In this document: in pieces, positions 37,104-46,063 of the stretch
How positions within the stretch are numbered: position 1 is the first letter of the stretch
Layout: each line of letters starts with the position of its first letter
Source: Verrucomicrobiota bacterium
GTDB taxonomy: Bacteria; Verrucomicrobiota; Verrucomicrobiia; Limisphaerales; UBA1096
DNA: 64,000 bases
Direction: 5' to 3'
Assembly (NCBI GenBank): GCA_036166355.1
Contig: JAYZHR010000025.1
Location: 131 to 64,130, forward strand
The notes under the pieces: generated by a model
The model's input: only the letters and a program-made list of their open reading frames with translations
Database searches by the model: none
Told to the model about the DNA's origin: nothing
Made by a program: the position numbers and the translations under genes

Positions 37104-38008
37104 TGTCTTTGGATAATCTTATTGATGGGAGGGCAATTGCTAAGGAGGTCCACACGGAGACTGAATTGCGGGTTTCGGGCTTAAAAGCGGTTGGCATTGA
37201 ACCTGGGCTAATTTTTATTCGTGTGGGTGAAGATCCGGCATCTCAAGTTTACGTGGGAATGAAAGAGCGTACTGCGATGAAACTTGGAATTCGTTCGCAG
37301 ACTGTAGTTTTGCCAAATGAGACTCCTGAATCTGAATTGCTTGATTTAGTTAAGCAATTTAATGGTGACGATACTGTTCATGGTATTCTTGTACAGGCCC
37401 CATTACCTTCACATATAGATGAAACAAAAGTATTCTCCACTGTTTCTCCTGAGAAGGATGTTGATGGTTTTAACCCAATAAATGTTGGGAAGTTAATGTT
37501 AGGCGAAAAAGGAGGATTTGTGCCATGCACGCCAGGAGGGGTTCATGAATTGCTGATTCGTTCAGGCGTTATTGTTGAAGGAGCAGAAGTAGCTATACTT
37601 GGGAGAGGCAATATCGTGGGAAAGCCGATGGCTGCAATCCTTTGTCAAAAGGAACCCAATGCGAATGCTACAGCGACAATCTGCCACTCACGGACTCTTG
37701 ATGTGAAGCGTCACTGTAGAAGTGCGGACATTATTGTTGCCGCTATGGGGGTCCCGCAGTTCGTCAAGGCAGACATGGTTAAGCCAGGAGCGACTGTTAT
37801 TGATGTTGGAGTAAATCGTATAGAAGATTCTTCTGAGGAAAAAGGTTACCGCCTTATTGGTGATGTTGATTTTGAAGCAGTAAAGAATGTTGCCGGGAAA
37901 ATCACACCTAATCCAGGAGGGGTAGGCCCAATGACGATTGCTATGTTAATGCGCAACACTGTCCTTGCTGCGGAACAGCAAAATGGCGAAGGTAAAATAT
38001 CAATTTAA
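37103..38008 (+). CDS. folD: bifunctional methylenetetrahydrofolate dehydrogenase / methenyltetrahydrofolate cyclohydrolase FolD
   Basis: Trimmed to the ATG at 37103 (MSLDNLIDGRAIAKEV). VGEDPASQVYVGMKERTAMKLGI, GILVQAPLP and GRGNIVGKPMA are FolD hallmarks. Confidence 0.9.
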   Translation: MSLDNLIDGRAIAKEVHTETELRVSGLKAVGIEPGLIFIRVGEDPASQVYVGMKERTAMKLGIRSQTVVLPNETPESELLDLVKQFNGDDTVHGILVQAPLPSHIDETKVFSTVSPEKDVDGFNPINVGKLMLGEKGGFVPCTPGGVHELLIRSGVIVEGAEVAILGRGNIVGKPMAAILCQKEPNANATATICHSRTLDVKRHCRSADIIVAAMGVPQFVKADMVKPGATVIDVGVNRIEDSSEEKGYRLIGDVDFEAVKNVAGKITPNPGGVGPMTIAMLMRNTVLAAEQQNGEGKISI

Positions 38009-38009
38009 A

Positions 38010-38474
38010 ATGCAAGCATCTAGAATTCTTCCCGATCTACAATGTTCTGTTCTGTGCGAAGACGTGCGGCAAGAGGTTACGGGTAATTTTATTGCACTTG
38101 GTATAATTGGTGCAATTCGTGTCCCGAAGGTGCCTATTGTGGCTGGAAAATTGTGCGTGTTTACTCGATGGGTTGCAGGGTTTGGCGAGTTTCACGAAAA
38201 TATTCAGCTTATTGGCCCTGATCAGGAATCCGTACTTCGCAAATGCGAGACTAAGTTTGTTCTTCGAGACCCGTCACATTGCGCTACTAATGTTGCCGTT
38301 TTTGCAGGAACCAAGTTTGAAGTTCCTGGCACTTACACGGTTGAAGTCGTTGTAGATGATGTAATGAAATTGCGTTATCCAATTCCGGTTGTTGTTGTTG
38401 ATCCCCCTTCTGGAGCTGGCTCACAGGGATCAACTCCAGAGGAGGACCCTGAAGCGCCGAAGGAAAATATATAA
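38010..38474 (+). CDS. hypothetical protein (beta-rich, no recognisable catalytic motif)
   Basis: The ATG at 38010 is 1 nt after the folD stop; the longer track start overlaps folD. 154 aa with coding-like composition and a Pro/Glu-rich tail. No family recognised. Confidence 0.45.
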   Translation: MQASRILPDLQCSVLCEDVRQEVTGNFIALGIIGAIRVPKVPIVAGKLCVFTRWVAGFGEFHENIQLIGPDQESVLRKCETKFVLRDPSHCATNVAVFAGTKFEVPGTYTVEVVVDDVMKLRYPIPVVVVDPPSGAGSQGSTPEEDPEAPKENI

Positions 38475-38511
38475 TATTTCTATTATAATCGTTAGAGGAG
38501 TCTCCTAAAAA

Positions 38512-39921
38512 TTAGGCGATAATTTCTTTCACCAATTTTCCGTGGACATCGGTTAAACGATAATCTCGTCCACCATGATTAAAAATTAGGCGCTCATGAT
38601 CCAGACCAAGTAAATGGAGGATTGTCGCCTGTAGATCATGTATATGGACTGGGCGTTCTGCTATGTGGAAACCCAGTTCATCGGTAGAACCTAAAGTAAT
38701 GCCTCCTTTTATGCCCCCGCCTGCAAGCCAAAGACTAAAAGCTTGTGGATGATGATCCCTGCCTTTCGACCGATTGAGAGTGGGATTACTTTCTACCATA
38801 GGGGTTCGGCCAAATTCGCCTCCCCAAATTAAAAGGGTATCATCAAGTAGGCCACGTTGTTTGAGATCTAGAATAAGAGCGGCACTTGCTTGATCAGTGG
38901 TGTTTGCGTTGCTGGTTATATTTCCGGCAACATTAGAGTGAGCGTCCCAGCCAGAGTGATAAATGTTAACACAGCGTACTCCTCGTTCGATCATGCGACG
39001 GGCAAGCAGGCAGGCTCTCGCGTAGGAAGGTTTATCGGGGTCGGCGCCATAAAGTTTAAGTGTTTCTTTTTTTTCACTCTTTAGATCCATTAATTCAGGA
39101 GCACTTGCTTGCAGCCGGAAAGCCATTTCATAGCTTTCTATGCGTGTGGTTATTTCAGGATTATTCTCTATTTTAAGTTGTTGCTTATTGAGCTTGCGAA
39201 TTAAGTCTAGGGTGTCCTTTTGCAGAATTTTATCTACTCCACTTGGTGAACTAACGTTTAAAATAGGATTACCCGAGTTTCTAAAGCGTACTCCGGTATG
39301 TTTGCCAGGCATGAATCCCGCAGACCATAGCGCGGAACCTCCACTAATGCCTCCTCCAGTGGAAAGAACCACAAAGGCTGGCAGATTATTTGTTTCAGCG
39401 CCGAGCCCATAGCTTAGCCAAGAGCCAAGACATGGGCGACCTGGCTGTGCGAAACCAGTGTTAAAAAAAATCTGTCCAGGAGCGTGGTTGAATTGATCCG
39501 TATACATGGATCGGATAATTGCAATATCGTCCACTACTTTTGCTAAATGCGGTAATTTATCGGACAGTTCTGCTCCACATTGCCCGTGGCGAGCAAAAGG
39601 AAATTGAGGCCCTAAAACAGCTGCATTTCGCTGGATAAAAGCGTAGCGCTGATCCCCAATAACTGAAGGTGGCAAAGGTTTTCCTTCAAGGTTTTTGAGA
39701 TTTGGTTTGTTATCAAATAATTCTAATTGGCTTGGTGCTCCCGCTTGAAAAAGATGAATCACTCTTTTTGCTTTTGGAGCGAAATGGGTTCCGGCCTGAG
39801 CTTTTTGTAGAGTATTAGTTAATAATCCGGCCAAAGCAATTTTTCCAAGACCATATCCACAATCTTCGAAAAAATGACGGCGAGTTATCGATTTGGTATC
39901 AGTTTCGCGTAATGAATTCAT
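38512..39921 (-). CDS. DUF1501 domain protein (sulfatase/alkaline-phosphatase-like fold) with Tat-type signal
   Basis: TRRHFFEDCGYGLGKIALAGLL, then HFAPKAKRVIHLFQAGAPSQLELFDNKP and the C-terminal GRDYRLTDVHGKLVKEIIA. Overlaps the upstream giant gene by 23 nt. Confidence 0.85.
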   Translation of the reverse strand: MNSLRETDTKSITRRHFFEDCGYGLGKIALAGLLTNTLQKAQAGTHFAPKAKRVIHLFQAGAPSQLELFDNKPNLKNLEGKPLPPSVIGDQRYAFIQRNAAVLGPQFPFARHGQCGAELSDKLPHLAKVVDDIAIIRSMYTDQFNHAPGQIFFNTGFAQPGRPCLGSWLSYGLGAETNNLPAFVVLSTGGGISGGSALWSAGFMPGKHTGVRFRNSGNPILNVSSPSGVDKILQKDTLDLIRKLNKQQLKIENNPEITTRIESYEMAFRLQASAPELMDLKSEKKETLKLYGADPDKPSYARACLLARRMIERGVRCVNIYHSGWDAHSNVAGNITSNANTTDQASAALILDLKQRGLLDDTLLIWGGEFGRTPMVESNPTLNRSKGRDHHPQAFSLWLAGGGIKGGITLGSTDELGFHIAERPVHIHDLQATILHLLGLDHERLIFNHGGRDYRLTDVHGKLVKEIIA

Positions 39922-42760
39922 GGGTATTTAGCAATACTCTAGCCAGTGCCGACCAAGTTGCCTGTTTTTCTATTTCTCCTTTGGTAGAGCCGGTAAATTT
40001 TGATGCATCAAGTTCACCAGTCCTAAAGCGAGCATATGTTTTTTCATAAAAATCCAACATGACTTTTTGTTCAAGAGCATTTGGGGGGCGAGTAAGGCAT
40101 CGCTGGAAGAGATGGGTTAGGACAGTTGACTTTTCGCCAGATTGATTGACAGCCCAATTTCCCAGTGAGCGGCTAGCTTCCATAAATAAGCTGTCGTTTA
40201 ATAGTGTAAGCGCTTGAATCGGGGTATTGGAAATCTCTCTTTTTGCTACGCAGGTCTCATGGCTTGGAGCATCGAAAGTATCGTGCATAGCGTAAGGCAT
40301 GGAACGTTTCCGGTATGTGTATAGGCTTCGTCGATACTGGTCAGCGCCTGAGCTGGTTTTCCAGCTTCCGCCACCGTAAATGCCTTCCCCGATGCTTTTG
40401 TTTTGTGGAGGGAAAACACTTTCGCCTCCAATTTTTTGGTGTAGCAGATTGCTTACTTTCAGGGCTGAATCGCGAATTTGTTCAGCGCTCAATCGATAAC
40501 TTGATCCCGTATTTTGTCTATAGGTGGCACTCGTAACGATAAGTCTAAGAATTTTTTTCTGTGACCAATCTTGGCGGATAAATTCCATTGCAAGCCAGTC
40601 CAGTAACTTTGGATGTGTTGGGCTATCCCCTGTGTAGCCAAAGTCATCTGTTGTCCCGACAATGCCTTTGCCAAATAATGACGCCCAAAATCTATTTACA
40701 ATTACACGAGAGGTAAGTGGATTCTTTGGATCTACTAGCCAAGAGGCTAAGCCGAGCCTATTACGAGGCATTCCTTCATCTAGCGGAGGAAGGAATGGTA
40801 ATATATTCGGTTGTACTATTTCGCGAGGAGAAAGGAATTCACCGCGGTGGTATCGATTTGTTACTCGTGAATGAGCTGCCGGTCTTTCTTTCATAACAAG
40901 TGTTGTTGGAGGCTTGGGTAATTTTTTTTGTAATTTCTCAATAGCCTCGCGAGCTTTGGCAGTATCCTTGGAAGTATTAATGTAATATAAACGCAGTGTT
41001 CTACGGTCTATTGAACTAAGTTCCTTGTATTTTTTGGTTAGAAGATCTTCAATTTCGCTTGGCAATTCTTTTGCCTTAATTGGGGCCTTTTGATTTGTAA
41101 CGGATAATCGAAATCGACCGAGACTTGCGGAGTAATGACGGCTAAAATCAAGTTGAAGCTTAATCGATTTAGCAGAGATTGGTTTGGATAATTGCCATAT
41201 AGCCTGACTGTGCTTTCCTTCACGCCCGCTGGCTGACCAGCCAGTCTGTAAGTCTCCGTCTGTTGCTGCCATCGCACTAGGCTTGTTGCTTCCGATCCAT
41301 TGTTTGGCATAATTTTCTGAACCAGAAATAAACTTCAACGGTTTACCATCTGCGCTAAGGGTAATTTCACTCAAAAAGAAATCACCTTTTGGCCCTTCAT
41401 AATAAGCGCGGCCCGGCCCTCCCTTCGGCAGTCTTTTATCAGGCAAGGCTTCAAGTCGTAATGAAGTGATATTTTTTGGAAGATTGGTAAATTCAAGGTC
41501 ATAAGTATCGTGTTTTCTGGTGTCGCCATTAACAAAAATAGATTGATCTTTGAGTAGTTCTAACCAGCCGATGGTTGCCTTCATTTTTGTGGGGATTATT
41601 GTATGCCATGAGACGGCGGAAGCTTTTTGAGCCTTGAGCCAGTTAGCGTACTGTGATTCATCGATTTTCAATCTTGAAAATTTATCTTTGATTTGTTCTT
41701 CGATTGCTTGTTTCTGATTTTTTTGTTCAGGAGAAAATAGCAATAATTCAGGTTCAGTAGTATTATTCATGAATGCCATCATTTCGTAGTATGAGCGATG
41801 AGGCACTGGATCAAACTTGTGCGAATGGCATTGTGCGCATCCAAGTGTAAGGCCAAGCCAAGTTGTGGCAGTGGTGTTTATGCGATCTACCATTGCATAA
41901 AAGCGGAATTCTAAAGGGTCAATGCCTCCTTCTTCGTTAACCATGGTGTTCCTGTGAAATCCAGTGGCAACCCGTTGGCTTTGTGTAGCTTTAGGCAACA
42001 TATCTCCAGCGATCTGCTCTATGGTGAATTGGTTAAATGGCAGATCATTGTTAATAGCGTTGATTACCCAATTACGCCATGGCCAGATTGAACGCGGTCT
42101 ATCTTTTTCATAACCGTTAGTATCTGCATATCGTGCTAAATCTAACCAGGATAAAGCCCAATGTTCACCATATTCGGGCCGGTCCAGCAGCCTGTCCACT
42201 AGTCGTTCATAGGCATTAGGCTGTGAGTCTTCCAGAAATTTTCGTATTTCCGATGTTGTGGGAGGGAGGCCAATTAGATCTAGTGAAAGCCGGCGTATTA
42301 ATCGGTAACGATTTGCTTCTGAAGCAGGTGATTGTTTGTTTGCTTCAAGGTTTGAGAGGATAAAATAATCGATATCATTTCTAGGCCAATCTCGTTGACT
42401 TACCTCAGGGAGAGGCGAAGCCTTTGGAGGGATGAAGGCCCAATGTTCAGAGTATTTAGCGCCATTTTGAATCCACTCTTTTAGAATTTTTCTTTGGGTT
42501 TCGGACAAAGGTTTCTTCGCCGAAGGAGGAGGCATTATATCTTCGGATTCTGTAGTATTAATGCGTTTAACCAAATGGGCCAATACATTTTCTTCCGGCC
42601 GGATATCTAGTCGTAAATCCCCCTGCCTTTTTTTTTCGTCTGGTCCGTGGCATTTAAAGCAATGCCCAGCCAGTATTGGTCGTATTTCACGTTGAAAGTC
42701 TGGTTCGGCAAGGGCCGTAAAATTAATTGCAAGAATTGCGAGAACCCACGGGCGTTTCAT
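39899..42760 (-). CDS. PSCyt + DUF1549 + DUF1553 (PSD-type) large secreted protein with two CxxCH motifs
   Basis: Start at ATG 42760 (MKRPWVLAILAINFTALA) or 42781. CFKCHGPDEKKRQGDLRLD, the DUF1549-like DIDYFILSNLEA...LIRRLSLDLIGLPPT, GCAQCHSHKFDP, and the DUF1553-like NPLTSRVIVNRFWASLFGKGIV. Confidence 0.85.
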   Translation of the reverse strand: MKRPWVLAILAINFTALAEPDFQREIRPILAGHCFKCHGPDEKKRQGDLRLDIRPEENVLAHLVKRINTTESEDIMPPPSAKKPLSETQRKILKEWIQNGAKYSEHWAFIPPKASPLPEVSQRDWPRNDIDYFILSNLEANKQSPASEANRYRLIRRLSLDLIGLPPTTSEIRKFLEDSQPNAYERLVDRLLDRPEYGEHWALSWLDLARYADTNGYEKDRPRSIWPWRNWVINAINNDLPFNQFTIEQIAGDMLPKATQSQRVATGFHRNTMVNEEGGIDPLEFRFYAMVDRINTTATTWLGLTLGCAQCHSHKFDPVPHRSYYEMMAFMNNTTEPELLLFSPEQKNQKQAIEEQIKDKFSRLKIDESQYANWLKAQKASAVSWHTIIPTKMKATIGWLELLKDQSIFVNGDTRKHDTYDLEFTNLPKNITSLRLEALPDKRLPKGGPGRAYYEGPKGDFFLSEITLSADGKPLKFISGSENYAKQWIGSNKPSAMAATDGDLQTGWSASGREGKHSQAIWQLSKPISAKSIKLQLDFSRHYSASLGRFRLSVTNQKAPIKAKELPSEIEDLLTKKYKELSSIDRRTLRLYYINTSKDTAKAREAIEKLQKKLPKPPTTLVMKERPAAHSRVTNRYHRGEFLSPREIVQPNILPFLPPLDEGMPRNRLGLASWLVDPKNPLTSRVIVNRFWASLFGKGIVGTTDDFGYTGDSPTHPKLLDWLAMEFIRQDWSQKKILRLIVTSATYRQNTGSSYRLSAEQIRDSALKVSNLLHQKIGGESVFPPQNKSIGEGIYGGGSWKTSSGADQYRRSLYTYRKRSMPYAMHDTFDAPSHETCVAKREISNTPIQALTLLNDSLFMEASRSLGNWAVNQSGEKSTVLTHLFQRCLTRPPNALEQKVMLDFYEKTYARFRTGELDASKFTGSTKGEIEKQATWSALARVLLNTHEFITRN

Positions 42761-42790
42761 TATTAGACGACCGGGAGCCATTATATTTTT

Positions 42791-44242
42791 TTATGCGATT
42801 ATGTCCTTTACAACCTTCCCATGGACATCGGTAAGACGATAATCGCGTCCACTGTAGCGATAGGTAAGTTTTTCGTGATCGAGACCCATCTGATTAAGGA
42901 TGGTCGCATGCAAATCATGAACATGGACTCGATTTTCTATAGCTGAGCAACCGAACACATCCGTTGCCCCGTAGCTGTAGCCTGGTTTTACTCCACCCCC
43001 AGCCATCCAAACTGTAAATCCATAGTGGTCATGGTCACGTCCATTTTTCCCTTCAGATGTTGGGGCGCGTCCAAATTCACCACCCCACACAACGAGTGTT
43101 TCGTCGAGCAAGCCTCGAGTTTTTAGATCCTTGAGAAGTGCTGATATACCTTGATCACAGGCTTTTGCTAAACGAGCGTGTCCGCCTTTGATGTCTCCGT
43201 GTCCAGTATCCCAAGCAATATCGTATCCATCGATTGAGTGGGAAAGTTGAACTGTTCGAACGCCTCGCTCTACTAGGCGTCGAGCTATAAGGCAGCCCTT
43301 AGCATATTCGCTATCACCGTATAGGGTTTGGGTTGCCTTGCTTTCTTTCGATATATCAAAAACTTCCGGTACGCTGAACTGCATACGGAAGGCCATCTCC
43401 ATCGCTTCTATGCCAGCTTCAATTTGTGCATCTTTTTCACGACGCGCTAGAAACTCTCGGTTCAGTTTAGATAGTAGATCTGCCTGTTTACGTTGTTCAG
43501 CACGATTTAGGTTTGAATTCTTAAGGTCAGCGATTGCGGCGTCCGGCTTCATGCTATTAATATTTACATAGGATCCGGCATATGCTCCAGGCAAGAAGGA
43601 GTTCCCCCAGTTGGCAAGTTTTCCGCGTGGCTGTGCGCGTGGAGACATGGCGACAAATCCTGGGAGATTGTCGCTGTCACTGCCGAGCCCGTAGGCCAGC
43701 CAAGATCCAAGGCTTGGACGGTTCGGTTGTATATGTCCAACATTCATCATCATAATGGCTCCGGCGTGTTCCGGGATGTCAGTATGCATGGAGTGGATAA
43801 AACATATGTCATCCACCATTTTTCCTACTTCCGGAAAAATATCACTAACCCATTTTCCGGTTTGACCGTATTGCTTGAATCCGAACGGCGAAGGCATCAG
43901 TCCATTCTTGGTGTTTCTAAGTGTCTTTCGATCAACTAGACTTGGTCGTTTCCCAGCGTGTTCCTTTAGTGCGGGCTTATGGTCGAAGGTATCCACCTGA
44001 GATGGGCCGCCAGGCATGAATAACTGAATGATATGTTTAGCTTTGGGTGCAAAGTGAGGAGCTTTAGGTGCTAGAGGGGAAGGAGCTCCATGTAAGGAAG
44101 AAGCTAATTGACTTTTGTCTGCGATCAATCCGGCTAAGCCGATAGTACCAAACCCGGCCCCTAGCTGTTTAAGCATCTCGCGGCGAGTCTTTGGAGCACG
44201 CATCATACGGCGAACAGCAAGTTCATGATCTGAAAATTTCAT
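42791..44242 (-). CDS. DUF1501 domain protein with Tat-type signal
   Basis: TRREMLKQLGAGFGTIGLAGL, HFAPKAKHIIQLFMPGGPSQVDTFDHKP, and the C-terminal GRDYRLTDVHGKVVKDIIA. Confidence 0.85.
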   Translation of the reverse strand: MKFSDHELAVRRMMRAPKTRREMLKQLGAGFGTIGLAGLIADKSQLASSLHGAPSPLAPKAPHFAPKAKHIIQLFMPGGPSQVDTFDHKPALKEHAGKRPSLVDRKTLRNTKNGLMPSPFGFKQYGQTGKWVSDIFPEVGKMVDDICFIHSMHTDIPEHAGAIMMMNVGHIQPNRPSLGSWLAYGLGSDSDNLPGFVAMSPRAQPRGKLANWGNSFLPGAYAGSYVNINSMKPDAAIADLKNSNLNRAEQRKQADLLSKLNREFLARREKDAQIEAGIEAMEMAFRMQFSVPEVFDISKESKATQTLYGDSEYAKGCLIARRLVERGVRTVQLSHSIDGYDIAWDTGHGDIKGGHARLAKACDQGISALLKDLKTRGLLDETLVVWGGEFGRAPTSEGKNGRDHDHYGFTVWMAGGGVKPGYSYGATDVFGCSAIENRVHVHDLHATILNQMGLDHEKLTYRYSGRDYRLTDVHGKVVKDIIA

Positions 44243-44361
44243 AAAAGTAAAAACTCGGGCGATGATTAGCTAAATTTTGGCGTTGGCAAATTTTTTTTGA
44301 CCAGAAATTGGGGAATAATATCTCTTTTTCAAGAGAATGTCAGAAATAACTATGCCTTAAA

Positions 44362-46056
44362 TCAATATAAAGCGATAGCTCGACCTATGCCACCATGGGA
44401 TCCTTTAATTTTTACAGGAGCGAAAATAAAGAACGCTTTTGGCGGCAGCTGGTCAAGTTTTGTTAGAAACTCAATGCCAACCATGCCTCGTGTTGCTAAT
44501 GCCCAGTAGGTAAACAATGCATCTTTTTGATTTACCCCGCCGAGTGTTGGGGCATCTGTGCCAACACAACGAATTCCACGTTCGGCCAAGTAAAAAATTG
44601 CTGAAGAATCTGGCGCTGGCCAACCTTCGCTGAGGCCATTGATCGGATTTTCCATGCAAGCTTTACCTTCAGGAAGAGCTTTGAAATGAGCATCCACATG
44701 GCCGGTATGAAAAATGACAATCTCTTTAGGCTTAAGAGATCCAAATTTTGCCTCGTAGTCTTTGATAAGAGAGGCAGTGATCACAGGAGAAGCAGGCCAT
44801 TGTTTTGGATTGGTTTGCCCGACAAGTTTTCGCACGTCAATCACGCGTGCGTTGCCGGATGTCTGTGAGAGAGGAACCTTTTCGGCTGTTACTAGACTTG
44901 TTCCTCTTTTTCCAAAGTTGGTTTCATACTCTTTTAGCCAACCCCTTACCTCGGGAGAGTAGCTCGAATTTTTAAAGCCTGGTTTTGGGAGTGCATAGGC
45001 GGGAGGGACTAAGCTTGTGCCGGCATGGCTGTCCATTAGGTGGGTATGATGAAAAATATCTAAAGCTGGTTCATAAAAGAAGTCAGCTTTGGTATAAGGA
45101 TGTCGATGTCTAGAGACACCTTTGCCTGGCCAAGTGAGAGGAGTATTAGCTGCCATGACTACGGACAGATCGACCACCTTCTTTTGCTTGGCAGCCTCAA
45201 TTAGAGGTTTTGCGTATTCTCCGATGATCGCAAATGCCCGACCTTCTCCATACGGTCCTTCAAAATGGCGGGGGCCCATCATACAGTAAAATGCTCCAGT
45301 AGCAGGAAGGCTTTTTAGGTTTGTAGCCCCTTCGGTGAAAACCAAGCCTCGTAATAGACCTTCGTCGTGAACGGCTGCTGCAAGATCTGGCATTGGGCCC
45401 ATTGTTGGGCTGTCGCATCCAACGGCAGTGATCCCTTTTTCAGCCATATATGCCATGCAATCCGGGTCTGGGTCTGGCCACGCAGGGGATTTTTTTTCCA
45501 GTGGTAAAGCAAGAAATCTGCGCCCTTCTGGTAGTTGTTTATAATATTTGTCGCTATATCCACTACGTAACAAAACAACGTCTCCTTTGCCAAGTGGTCG
45601 ATGTAATTTTTCCCATGCAATAATATGTTCTTTTTTTACCAGTGGGCTTACTCCGTTTGGGGCTTGGTCTAGCAATCTAGTGACATCAATGACACAAGCT
45701 TCCCCGACAAGTTTCCAGGCCGGTGTCTTATCGGTGAACTCTAGTCCTAGAGGCCCAGCATTTCGTAATCCGCTATTTGGACGAGGTATAGAGTGAGGGG
45801 GTACATCAATTTGGGTTCCGGTGTTGCCATCGATTTGCAATAGGTCACTATTGTAGGGACTTGACGGGCCGATTTTAATGTAGTGGTTAATGTAAAAACG
45901 AGGGAAGCCAGTTGCCCAAGTGCATGGATAATTTTCGGCAACGATCAATGAGAGGTCGACAAAGCGATTCTTTTGATCGTTAGCAATGACCGTTTGTCTC
46001 GATAAAATAGATGCGACTAATACAAACAGGAGAAGTAGTATGTTTGATTTATTCAT
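44362..46056 (-). CDS. secreted protein with two tandem cyclase / kynurenine-formamidase-like (Cyclase family) domains
   Basis: Trimmed to the ATG at 46056 (MNKSNILLLLFVLVASILS signal; the longer form overlaps the E2 gene). Both halves are colinear with the Cyclase family: VDLS start, GDVVLLRSGYS / KEIVIFHTGHV, and EKGITAVGCDSPTMG / ERGIRCVGTDAPTLG. Confidence 0.6.
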   Translation of the reverse strand: MNKSNILLLLFVLVASILSRQTVIANDQKNRFVDLSLIVAENYPCTWATGFPRFYINHYIKIGPSSPYNSDLLQIDGNTGTQIDVPPHSIPRPNSGLRNAGPLGLEFTDKTPAWKLVGEACVIDVTRLLDQAPNGVSPLVKKEHIIAWEKLHRPLGKGDVVLLRSGYSDKYYKQLPEGRRFLALPLEKKSPAWPDPDPDCMAYMAEKGITAVGCDSPTMGPMPDLAAAVHDEGLLRGLVFTEGATNLKSLPATGAFYCMMGPRHFEGPYGEGRAFAIIGEYAKPLIEAAKQKKVVDLSVVMAANTPLTWPGKGVSRHRHPYTKADFFYEPALDIFHHTHLMDSHAGTSLVPPAYALPKPGFKNSSYSPEVRGWLKEYETNFGKRGTSLVTAEKVPLSQTSGNARVIDVRKLVGQTNPKQWPASPVITASLIKDYEAKFGSLKPKEIVIFHTGHVDAHFKALPEGKACMENPINGLSEGWPAPDSSAIFYLAERGIRCVGTDAPTLGGVNQKDALFTYWALATRGMVGIEFLTKLDQLPPKAFFIFAPVKIKGSHGGIGRAIALY

Positions 46057-46063
46057 AGATATT

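Noticed and set aside
38496-38506. Palindrome AGGAG-T-CTCCT between the convergent genes ending at 38474 and 38512, considered as a bidirectional terminator.
   Set aside because: A 1-nt loop cannot form an RNA hairpin, and there are no flanking U-tracts. It is probably coincidental.
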